Source: Chrysomallon squamiferum (taxonomy: Eukaryota; Animalia; Mollusca). Taken from it: a DNA stretch of 64,000 bases. A program made the position numbers and the translations under genes. Below, one piece after another: positions 1 through 13,016 of this stretch (its first letter is position 1; each line of letters begins with the position of its first letter). Under the pieces are notes generated by a model, which was not told the origin of the DNA, did not search any database, and worked only from the letters and a program-made list of their open reading frames with translations. The stretch is taken from NCBI GenBank assembly GCA_012295275.1, contig CM022678.1, positions 12,338,001 through 12,402,000 of the forward strand, in the 5' to 3' direction.

Positions 1-502
1 TCATCTGTGTTTGAATCTGTCATCTTGACAAACCACCAGCATAGTAGTGACATGTAAATAGTACAACATTCAACAATATCATACTTGTACTAGGACTTTT
101 TTATTTACTATTTGTTTTTTAAAGATTGTATTTGCACACTATATACACATGTATTAGAAAGAAAAAAGAAAACAATTGTTTTAAAGTCATTTCATGCAGT
201 TAAACATTATTCTTCAGTAATTAAAATAACTAATGATTATGCTTGAACATATATTCTTTCATTTAATGTAAATGTATTTTCAAAGTAATACTAATAGTCA
301 TTATTCTGTTGTGTTTTAAATAGTTTAATAGTTGTTTCCTCAGTGAGCATTATTCCACAGTAAATATAATAATCTTTAAATTATACATACAGCTCCACTG
401 TCAAGACAAAAACATGAACCTAACCTGAGACTGGCTTTGACAACTAAAGTTTTAATCAGTCTTGTACTGTACATTGTACACTTATAATATTAAATTAAAT
501 AC

Positions 503-553
<51 letters not shown>

Positions 554-679
554 GATTTATTTCATTTATTTTTCAAAAAAGAAGTTTAGTCAACACAAGC
601 CATAAACATTTCAAGAGGTAACTTCATTGTAAATATATATAATTATTATTAAATCTTGATAAAGTCTTTTTGCAGTTTA

Positions 680-717
<38 letters not shown>

Positions 718-934
718 GCATTAGCATTATTATTAGTAGTATTAGTATTAGTAGTAGTAGTAGTAGTAGGCTTGGTAGGATCATCATCATCATCATCAAT
801 ATTATTATTATTAATTATTATTATTTGTTACTGTATTTTTCTTTTATTGGCACTGTTGTTGGTGTTACAGCATTTTAATTTTGTTATTATATAGCTGTAA
901 TACATTCTTCTCTGTACTGTAAGCTACAGTTCAG

Positions 935-2342
935 AGAATACAGTCACTGTCATTGTTATATTAATTAGGTATGTTTAAGTGAACAGTCAGTTAACAGAAT
1001 AATGTCACTGTCATTGTTATATTAATTAGATATGTTTAAGTGAAGTCAGCTAACAGAATAAAGTCATTGTCATTGTTACTGTTAATTAGATATGTTTAAG
1101 TGAACAGTCAGTTAACAGAATAAAGTCACTGTCATTGTTACTGTTAATTAGGTGTGTTTAAGTGAACAGTCAGCTAACAGAATAAAATCACTGTCATTGT
1201 GATATTAATTAGATATGTTTAAGTGAACAGTCAGCTAACAGAATACAGTCACTGTCATTGTTATATTAATTAGATATGTTTAAGTGAACAGTCAGTTAAC
1301 AGAATAATGTCACTGTCATTGTTATATTAATTAGATATGTTTAAGTGAAGTCAGCTAACAGAATAAAGTCATTGTCATTGTTATATTAATTAGATATGTT
1401 TAAGTGAACAGTCAGTTAACAGAATAAAGTCATTGTCATTGTTATATTAATTAGATATGTTTAAGTGAACAGTCAGTTAACAGAATAATGTCACTGTCAT
1501 TGTTATATTAATTAGATATGTTTAAGTGAAGTCAGCTAACAGAATAACGTCATTGTCATTGTTACTGTTAATTAGGTGTGTTTAAGTGAACAGTCAGCTA
1601 ACAGAATAAAATCACTGTCATTGTTATATTAATTAGATATGTTTAAGTGAACAGTCAGCTAACAGAATAAAGTCATTGTCATTGTTATATTAATTAGATA
1701 TGTTTAAGTGAACAGTCAGCTAACAGAATAAAGTCACTGTCATTGTTATATTAATTAGATATGTTTAAGTGAACAGTCAGCTAACAGAATAAAGTCATTG
1801 TCATAGTTATATTAATTAGATATGTTTAAGTGAACAGTCAGCTAACAGAATAAAGTCACTGTCATTGTTATATTAATTAGATATGTTTAAGTGAACAGTC
1901 AGTTAACAGAATAAAGTCATTGTCATTGTTATATTAATTAGATATGTTTAAGTGAACAGTCAGCTAACAGAATAAAGTCATTGTCATTGTTATATTAATT
2001 AGATATGTTTAAGTGAACAGTCAGCTAACAGAATAAAGCCATTGTCATTGTTACTGTTAATTAGGTGTGTTTAAGTGAACAGTCAGCTAACAGAATAAAG
2101 CCATTGTCATTGTTACTGTTAATTAGGTGTGTTTAAATGAACAGTCAGTTAACAGAATAAAGTCACTGTCATTGTTACTGTTAATTAGGTGTGTTTAAGT
2201 GAACAGTCAGCTAACAGAATAAAGCCATTGTCATTGTTACTGTTAATTAGGTGTGTTTAAATGAACAGTCAGTTAACAGAATAAAGTCACTGTCATTGTT
2301 ACTGTTAATTAGGTGTGTTTAAGTGAACAGTCAATTAACAGT
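935..2342. repeat. 61-bp minisatellite, about 23 tandem copies
   Basis: Unit AGAATAAAGTCA(C/T)TGTCATTGTTATATTAATTAGATATGTTTAAGTGAACAGTCAG(C/T)TAAC. The register shifts 1 nt per 60-nt line. Some units are 59 bp (GTGAAGTCAG). Confidence 0.97.
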
Positions 2343-2514
2343 GATAAGACTGATTTATATCTATCATTAATTACTTCTATAATTTTTATTTATTTAATTT
2401 TTCAAATTATAAAACGTCATTGTCATTTTGAACTGATGCTGTTTGTACTGTGTGTGTGTGTGTTATCAATAGATTATTAGGATGCTTTAGCATTACAATG
2501 GAGTTAGGACATTG

Positions 2515-2637
2515 CAGTAGATGTCAGTCTTGTTTGAGGATCAAATCAGATGTAGAAAATCATATTTGTTAACAAAATGAGTTTGAATATATATATGTGT
2601 GTGTGTGTGTGTGTCTGTGTGTGTGTATGTATATATG

Positions 2638-2722
<85 letters not shown>

Positions 2723-2852
2723 ATCGTTAAAGTCTAAGACATTATTTTATTTCAAAATAATTATCTCTCAGTTAAATTGCAGTAGATGTTAGTCTTATTT
2801 GAGAATCAAATCAGGCAAGAAAATCATATTTTTTAACAAACTGAGATTGAAT

Positions 2853-2885
<33 letters not shown>

Positions 2886-2943
2886 CTAAATCGTTAAAGT
2901 CTAAGACATTATCTTGTTTCAAAATAATTATCTCAGTTAAATT
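2515..2943. repeat. Local two-copy direct duplication with embedded (TG)n/(GA)n microsatellites
   Basis: GCAGTAGATGT.AGTCTT.TTTGAG.ATCAAATCAG at about 2515 and 2779; TAAATCGTTAAAGTCTAAGACATTAT at about 2720 and 2887. Confidence 0.85.
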
Positions 2944-3639
2944 CAACAACAATAAAATGTCTGGGTGAGGATTGGCTAAAGGTAGGTTTACAGTTATATT
3001 TAAGACTTATTAAGATTTATAAACAATTTTTTATTATTATTATTTTTTTGTTTTGTTTGACTATTATATAAAATCTAGAACTGAAAACATATTACATTTT
3101 CTCAGTCGTATCAATTTTTTTTTAGAATTTCCGATACAGCAGGAACACAGGCATGTGTATATATATCAGAACATCAAAGGAGGGGAGTTAATCGAAAATT
3201 TATCAGCTAAAGGAAATAATCACCATAATATGTGGTTAGGTTCAAACATCGAAAAATCTAAAACAAAACGAGAATTTTATGGTAGCAGATATTCAAGGAT
3301 GTCTTTGTTATAAGATTAAAAACGGATATCTATGAAACTGTTTTCAGTAGATACATTTCTCTTCTATATACTAGCTATAGATAATCTTAATAAAGTAATA
3401 ATGTTTATATGTATATAATCTTAAGACCTGTGAAATCTATATATAAAATAGAGAAAATATAAAGAAACTATAAATGCTAGAAATACTCTGTGTGTGCATG
3501 TGTGTGTGTGTGTGTGTTAGTAATTATAATAAATAAATAAACTACGATTTTATTTTATAACAAACTCACAAAATTTTAAACTTTTAGAATTAAGATAATT
3601 AGCTCTGACGAGTTTTGTGTAACAAACAAAATTTAAAAA

Positions 3640-4072
3640 TTTGTCTGTCTAGGCTGGCTTCTCTTGCTCTTTGAATTCGATATTTTCATTGATATCTTCA
3701 GTAATTTAATAATTTGTAATCTTTCCACAATTCGGCGAACTCTTTGATGAAATGGAGGTCACCGGATCTCGAAAGTTTGGATATGCATTTGACAGCGGGT
3801 TAAAGTTAAATTTGTTCTCAATCTTTGTTATTAAAGGCGTATATGTTTCTCATACACGCGAATAGTTATATAATTATTCTGCTCTTAATAGGCTTGAGTT
3901 GACTGATTCCGTTTTTAAATTAGCATTCCCAAAACCCTTAAATAATACAGTTGCTATATTTTTCTTTTGTATTGTTATAAAATATGTTTCTAAATTAATA
4001 AACTTAAGCTGTTGGCGTGTTATTTATGTAATGGATGAGTGTAACTGTTTGAATTTAGTAATCCCTCTCATA
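3640..4072 (-). pseudogene. Degenerate intronless coding fragment, possibly cullin N-terminal-like
   Basis: Manual minus-strand translation across stops and frameshifts: MRGITKFKQL..., RAE*LYNY, SGDLHFIKEFAELWKDYKLL. This is reminiscent of cullin repeat 1 (GI.KL, LY, W.DY). Weak, from recalled motifs. Confidence 0.3.
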
Positions 4073-4879
4073 GTGTTTTAAGCGGACCCTAGATGACGAT
4101 AACGAGCTTGTCAGGCATTGTCACGCGGTGATTCTGAGTCATGTGATCATCTGATTGTTGACGTTCAGCCAGGATAGAAAAATATTTCTTATCAATATCA
4201 GGTGCGTACTGAGTTAAATTCTAGCTGCGTGCGCTTACTGTTGTGTACTGAGAGCCGGCGCCAGTCTGTCTGGTGTCCTAGGCAAGGTTAGATTCGGTCA
4301 CCCCCAGGAACATATCAGTTTCAAATTTTTAAAACAGTTATTTTCAACATCCTATGCGATCTCTAGAGGCAAGATTTTTCTGTTACGGACATTTAAATAT
4401 CCCACACAGGCCATTTCTTTCCTTGTTTATACCATTAAAATAAGGTGTACCGCTGTCAGTTTGATTCCGCGACAAAGTGAAGATTTCGTATACGTGTGAT
4501 TCTATGAAAAAAATCGTGGCCTATAAAAACACGTAAATTAAATTATGTCCTGAAAGTTTCAAGTATGCCCGATTTTCACTCACTCATTTTGTTACAGTTT
4601 TTTTTTTTTTTTTTTGAGTATATTATTAGTGGTGGTTAATGATATCAGAAACCGGATTCCAGTAAGTTTATTATTCAAATTTAATAATAAATAAATAAAT
4701 AAATAAATAATGCTCTCTCTCTCTCTGACAGAAAATAATAACTTTCACTTTATATTAAAGTAATTACAGTTATTAAACTTTATTACGTTTTCAAATGTTA
4801 CAATTATGCTTCTAGTTCGGGTATATTGGTGATAATGTATTATTTTTAATAAACGTGACATTTAAAAGATGTGCACCAC

Positions 4880-6980
<2,101 letters not shown>

Positions 6981-7199
6981 CCATTATTACTGCATGTGTG
7001 ACAGACTGTAACTAGTATTTTATAAATTAAGTGCACGAATTATGTTAAGGTAGTTTTGTTACTTCTACTACTGTTTATTTAACCACAAGTATCTAAAAGT
7101 TTCACGATTATTTTTTTATAAGAAAAAAACAAAAGTTTTATAGAAAACTTCAAAGCTCCTACCCCTTCTTTATATGAATTGATTTCTTCCACTCCCTAT

Positions 7200-7321
7200 G
7201 TGTCGTCTTCTCAGCGTCTTCTCACATCCGGCTTCTACTGGAAAAGCAAATTGACATTGCAGACGAAATAGAGGATAATTTTGTCAGCTTTTAAGTTTTA
7301 ATTTCCCAAGACTAAGTAAGT
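7200..7321 (+). other. Probable non-coding 5' exon of the TRIM-like gene
   Basis: Strong donor AA|GTAAGT at 7315/7316 upstream of the acceptor CACAG at 7975 that precedes the ATG. The 5' boundary is uncertain. Confidence 0.4.
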
Positions 7322-7619
7322 CAAATTTCTTCTTCTTCTTCTTCTTATTATTGGTGTTCTAAGATATTTTAAAATATCATTTTCAAAGTCAATTCCACGC
7401 TTACTTTATCATGCGTGTTATGTGATTAATAAGAAAAGTAGCTCGTCACATTGCGAGAAACGATTTCTTTGTGCTAAATTAACTTGCAGCATTAATGGAT
7501 ACTCACATATGTTTAGTTTGGTGTTTTTTTGTGATTTTTGTTTCTTTGCTTCATACATTTTATTACAGCTGTCTGTCCGCAATTTGTAACAGACTGTCGT
7601 CTTCTTTCTCAAATTAAGA

Positions 7620-7629
7620 GTGACGTCAC
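7620..7629. promoter_or_regulatory. Perfect CRE palindrome GTGACGTCAC in the presumed first intron
   Basis: TGACGTCA consensus. The paralogous site at 42252-42261 reads GTGACATCAC (CpG-type decay). Function not shown. Confidence 0.3.
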
Positions 7630-7796
7630 AAATTGAAATTTAGCAAGTTCGTTATGCACTTTTATTTTACAAATAAGACTAAAGTTTATATATTTATCAT
7701 TTCATTTCTTTATTTGTATGTACCATTGGTTGTATGAATTAAGTGGAATTAATATGTAACTTTTACCTGTGGCAGTTGTTTTCAACTGCTATATTT

Positions 7797-7827
<31 letters not shown>

Positions 7828-7897
7828 TTAATTGGTTATATTTTTCTTTCTGTATATTTTCTTTTTCTAACTTTCTCTCATTCTTCCATGTTCTTCC

Positions 7898-7972
<75 letters not shown>

Positions 7973-7977
7973 CAGAT

Positions 7978-8465
7978 ATGGCAACAGCTTCAAACTCCGA
8001 TGGTAACTTATCTTGCTGTCTATGCATGGACATTTTTGACAAGCCACGAATTCTTTCTTGTGGACATTCGTTTTGTTCTAAATGCTTGCAGGAATTCATC
8101 ACCCACAATTACAACAACGACGATATAAAAATAAGCTGCCCGTTCTGCAGGCAGAATGTCCCCATACCAGACAGCACGAAACCAGTGTACACGTGGGCAG
8201 CTCAGTTTCCTATTAACAGGTCACTGGTGGACGCCATTAATGATCGGCTACAATCAAAGTTTGGTGAGTCAGCTGTGTTTAGTCTATTACAATAAAATAA
8301 TTAAAACAGATAAGTGATTATTTAACTGAAAATATTTTTGTCGTGTATTAACCATCGCAGCATAAAGAAATAAAGGATATTTTATCTATAACATTTTTCT
8401 ACTCACATTTTAGATTTAGTTGATAAAATAAATTTCATATGCATGCATATCTTTATTAAAAGTTG

Positions 8466-8517
<52 letters not shown>

Positions 8518-9703
8518 CAATCAATGATTATTTATTTATTTGTTTATTTCAGCTAAAAAGGGAGGTCACATTTCAGTTCTGACTTCTGTTTCTGACAGTC
8601 TCAAAACCTTTAAGGAAGCTCTTCAGAGAGAGATGGATGACATAAAATTAAACCTTCCAAAATTCACCAAACTTCAAAACACAACTTCCGAGTTTCTGTC
8701 TAAATCTCTTTCAGGAATAGAAAAAGCAGAATTCAAAATAAATCTCAGAAAATCTGATAAAAAGAAAGAAATTTCTGTACACATTGGAGAAATAGCCACA
8801 CACATCCAATCAGACATACAGATAGACAAACAGACAGACAGACTCAAAATCACAGACACCACTAACACAGAAACACAACACACAGACACAGAGATACACA
8901 AACAGAAAGACAGACTCAAACTCACAGACACCATTAACACAAAAACACAAGAAGATGAAGAAAATCCTTGTGTGTATTACATCCTCGTGCTAGGTGAGGA
9001 CAAGAGTAAAATTGTTGTTAGTAACTGTTGGAATAGATGTGTAAAATGTTTTTGTTTAGAAAGAAAAACACTGATAAAGAAACACATGACTTCCACTAGT
9101 CCATGGGGTCTTGCTGAATCACGTGATCAGCAGGGTGGTGTTGTTGTCGTTCTGCCAGATGAAAATAAAATATTGTTTTTAAATTTGGAAAACTTCAAAC
9201 TAATAAAAACAATTACAACTGATAAAATGTATAAGTTTATCGCCGTGTTACCTGGCAACCGTCTCGCCGTCACAGGGTTCAGTTCTTATTGCTTGGACAT
9301 ATTGACAGTCAGTGGTCAGCTCATTAATTCTATCTCAACAGATTTGATCCCCAGACCGTGGTTTCTCACAGTTCACGATCAATGTCTGATTGTTGTGTCA
9401 AGGAGAGAAAATGTAAACAGTTTATTTTGTGTGACGTCATCAGGTGACGTCAAATGGGAGACATGTGATTCAGACAAACTGAGAGACTTGGCAGGTGTTA
9501 CATGTGACAGGGAGGGAAATATTTTTGTTTGTAGTTTTAGTAGAAATTGTGTTGTTCAGTTGTCACGAGAGGGTAACATTACACGTGACATCCTCACTGA
9601 CCAGGATGGGCTGTCCAGACCTCAGTTTGTCTGCTGTGATGACAACAAACTCTGTCTGGTACAGTACAATAAAATAAAAATATTTAGTTGGTATAAAAAG
9701 TAA
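7978..9703 (+). CDS. TRIM-like E3 ligase: C3HC4 RING + short coiled-coil remnant + NHL/6-bladed beta-propeller-like C-terminus; exons 7978-8263 and 8553-9703, 478 aa, ORF intact
   Basis: RING CCLCMDIFDKPRILSCGHSFCSKC...ISCPFC followed by FPIN. Acceptor CACAG|AT ATG; phase-1 intron G|GTGAGT ... TTTCAG|CT joins in frame (286+1151 nt = 479 codons including stop). NHL-like blades PWGLA, LAGVTCDREGNIFVC, CVVQLSREG, GLSRPQFVC. Confidence 0.9.
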
Positions 9704-9969
9704 ACTTCAAAATGTCTGCTAACTTAATTTCACTTAACTGTTTTGAAGTTGAAAGTCCACAGACATTTCTTTCTGACAAATAATGAGAAACTCAGTTATT
9801 TATTTATTGTAAAGTAATTAATTTAGTTATTTTTTTTTACTTTATTTTTATTTTTAAATATGTTATTTATTTATTATGAATTACTTTATCGTTTAACATT
9901 GCTAAATTACAAAATATATTTCACTTTAAAACAAACTCTGCTTTACTTTTGAAATTTTCACCCAATTTT

Positions 9970-10039
<70 letters not shown>

Positions 10040-10558
10040 TCTCTCCATCTAAATTATTCTATTATTTTCTAAAGTAGTTTATTTCAAAGAATGTTGTAAT
10101 ATTTAAAATATTCTTCTACATATTCAAGGGTAATCAGACAAAACTGCAATAAAATATTTATATATTAATAAATAGAATTCTTCTGTTTAATTTGTATTTT
10201 AAAACTATTTTACATTATTTCGATATCTCTTTTTCTGTATAGCTACCTATATGTTCACATAACTTTCAAATATAGCGACCCATTTTAGAACAAGCAATCA
10301 GGAAGCGACCCCAATCCTTAAAATATCTTATATATACATTCATTTTTTTGTTCAACAAACTGCCATATATTGCGATTATTGAATTATAGATTATTTATTC
10401 GTGAAGTAACTATACATTCCGTAACTTCATGATTAATTTCAAATTTATTCATAAAAAATTCCAAAGCTCCTACAAATATTAATTAATTGCAAATCAATTC
10501 AAAATTATTCGAACACACAAATTTCCACCATTATGTAAAGGATGTTTATGAACTGACC

Positions 10559-12320
10559 TTAATGAGACGGCTGGTATTGCAGTTTTTTAGTTAGCAATTC
10601 TATCCTGGGCTCCGTTGTCGATATAGCACACCTCAAGTCGTCTTCCACATTTAATTTATTTCGGTACTTGTTTTTAAGGATGAGAAGTTGGGAGAATGCT
10701 GCTTCACATAAGTAAGTTCTTGGGAACGGCAATAAATTCCTTATTGCGATTTCTGATATTACTGGGAAAATTTTTGCCCAAAATTCTTGAAGTTGCAGTT
10801 CACCAAACCATGATTTAGCTTCAAAATTGTTTGTTAAGTCGATGAACTCTTCTTCTGCTGCTTCAGGGACATCAGATACACTGGCATTGAAAGGGTTGAT
10901 TGTAAGGGAGAAAGATTTGCAACATTCATCAGGAAAATAACTTCTTATTTGAACAGTAAGATTTTCCAAATGCTCTTGTATCAAGCCATATAAGTCATCG
11001 ATGCTAATTTCATTTCCCGCTTCTTCAACAAATTGGGCAAGTGTTGGGAACATGTATAATTTCTTTTGGTTAATTTTGGTGATCCAGAGTTCCAATTTCA
11101 TTTTGAAAGACGATATCTTTTCAGACAAAGATATTATCGTACTTTCCTTACCCTGTAATCCTGTATTAATATATTAAATATCTCAAAAATGTCGACCAGG
11201 TATGCCAATTTGCACAACATAAATTCATCCGTAAACAATGATTCATATTCGCTTGCATTTTGAGAAGCGAGAAATATTTGCAGCTCTCCTCTCAATTCAA
11301 AAAATATCTTCAACGCCTTTCCTTTCGAGAGCCACATTACCTCTGTGTAAAACAATAGTGCTTCATGCGTTGAACCCAAATCTTCACATAAAACTTTGAA
11401 GAGCCGTGTTGCAAGTGGCCTTGATTTAACGACATTTACTGCTTTAATCACTCGGTTAAGCACTTCTTTGAATGGTTCAGGTAACGTCTTGGTAGCTAAT
11501 ACTTGTCGATGAGTCATGCAGTGAGTCCCAATTACTTCTGGAGTCACTTTTTTAATTAACGATTGGAAGCCGGACTTACAGCCAAGCATTGCAGGTGCCC
11601 CGTCAGTACAAACTCCGCACAATTTCTCCCATTCGATTGAATGTTCTTTGAAGAAATCATCAATTAAATCAAAAATATCAGCAGCAGTAGTTGTAGTTTG
11701 CAGAGGCTTACAAAACAAGAAATCTTCTTTAATTGTTTCATTTTTATAATAACGAACATACACAAAAAGTTTGTCGCCTCAGTAGTTTCATCAAGCTGTA
11801 TGCTGAACAGCCCAGTTGGAGTTTCTTTTAATTCTTGAATAATTTGGCATAAAATATCCTCGGACATATCTGTTATCCTTCGTTTTACCGTATTGTTTGA
11901 CACGGATAGAGGCGATACTTTATTTACTGCTTCAGGACCGATCATGAGACGTACAATATCTTTGGTGCATGGAAAAATAAGATTCTCAGCTATTGTGTGT
12001 GGTTTTTTAGCATGTGCTATTCTTAATGCAACCGTGTATGAAGCTTCAATGGCGGCTAAATTTTTTTTTTGAAATAATCCACTGCTATCAAGCCGGCGGC
12101 TTTTGACACCAACAACTTTTGCTTTAAAAAAGTCAATACTTTTATCTTTCAAATCAGGGTGCTTAGTTTGGAGATGTCTTTGAAGTTTAGCTGGTTTCAT
12201 AGACTCATGAGCAAGAACTTCCAAACATACTACACACTGTGGTCTTTCCACACCTGCAATAACTATGTCAGTGAATCCCCACTTCAAGAAATCATCGCTG
12301 TACTTTCTCTTTCTTAAAGG
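10559..12320 (-). pseudogene. hAT transposase, frameshifted into three ORFs (11664-12287, 11134-11763, 10559-11128)
   Basis: BED finger RKYSDDFLKWGF...PQCVVCLEVL...KLQRHLQTKH; FSIQLDE; CTDGAPAM; HCMTHRQ; WLSKG; LAYLVDIF; C-terminal dimerisation TYLCEAAFS...KNKYRNKL. Two frameshifts. Confidence 0.93.
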
Positions 12321-12403
12321 GTTTTTAAAGGGTTAAGAATCACTCAAACAAAACTAACTACGTGTCACTGCAAGTGCGAGTACAACACTAGGTAAGTGGG
12401 AGG

Positions 12404-12642
12404 CAGTGTTGCCAGATGGCTCATAACAGAAATCGGCTAGAACTAGCTTTGAAAATGGCTAAAAACTGGCTAGACTTATAGTAAATGGCTAAAGAAAACG
12501 GCTAAATTTATCTGTGCATTTTTATGAATAGTTTCTCAAGTATTCTTACAAAAAATCTAGCCACTAAATAATTTTTTTTTTCGGCCAGATGCTGCCAAAT
12601 TTGGCTAAATCTAGCCGGAAATCATTTAATTTGGCAACACTG
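12404..12642. mobile_element. 239-bp non-autonomous hAT MITE (Tip100-like TIR) nested in the Buster element
   Basis: TIRs CAGTGTTGCCAGAT / ATTTGGCAACACTG. Perfect 8-bp TSD GTGGGAGG at 12396-12403 and 12643-12650. Internal GGCTA/TAGCC subterminal repeats. Confidence 0.93.
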
Positions 12643-12961
12643 GTGGGAGGAGCGACAGTGGCTCAAAATCAGTTAACGACCCCATGGCATTGGTGTCGCG
12701 GCCCACCGGTTGGGAACCACTGCTCTAGGAAATAAATAAATAACAGAAAGACAAATGGTCTAAGTAATATTTATGTTAAATTTAAAAAAAAAAAAAAAAA
12801 AATAAAAAATACAACAACAAACTCACAGGGAGGGATACAAATCCAAACACAACAACAACAAAATATCAAAGAGGTATAACTCAACTACAGTTCGGTGGAT
12901 ACCACTCAGCGAAATAAAATATTTACTACTTCAGTTTCGCTTTTTTGTTGTTTCTTTTTAC

Positions 12962-13016
<55 letters not shown>

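Larger units (their letters stand above)
10261..12722 (-). mobile_element. hAT DNA transposon, Buster/Charlie (ZBED5/SCAND3-like) type; one TIR truncated
   Basis: The minus-strand 5' end reads CAGTGGTTCCCAACC (ends at 12722), flanked by CTCTAGGA (nnnTAnnn target). GCGACCC subterminal repeats at about 10275 and 10305. Transposase inside. Confidence 0.92.

Noticed and set aside
670-894. Low-complexity ORFs (poly-L/V/I/S/RE/HT), also at 2577, 5599, 25640, 36902, 38313, 39623, 40422 and 63630
   Set aside because: Translations of microsatellites; no domain or splice support.
935-2342. CRISPR-like regular array
   Set aside because: Head-to-tail units with no unique spacers, no cas genes, eukaryotic context.
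4741-4751. IRF/ISRE-like sites (ACTTTCACTTT here; AGTTTCGCTTTT at about 12932; AAAAGTGAAACT at about 45547)
   Set aside because: A few such A-rich 9-12-mers are expected by chance in 64 kb of this composition, and none is positionally conserved between paralogue promoters as far as I can see.
7888-7977. Poly-Leu N-terminal extension (apparent signal or TM anchor) in frame with the RING
   Set aside because: It is an intronic (ATT)n tract abutting the CACAG acceptor. The paralogue has the same tract without the upstream ATG.
8674-8940. Antisense ORFs over the TRIM genes (also 42699-42902, 43593-43914)
   Set aside because: Shadow frames of the plus-strand coding sequence and its AC-rich linker.
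9431-9452. Two TGACGTCA CRE motifs in the propeller exon of both TRIM copies
   Set aside because: Explained by the codons for VTS and DVK; no evidence of a regulatory role.
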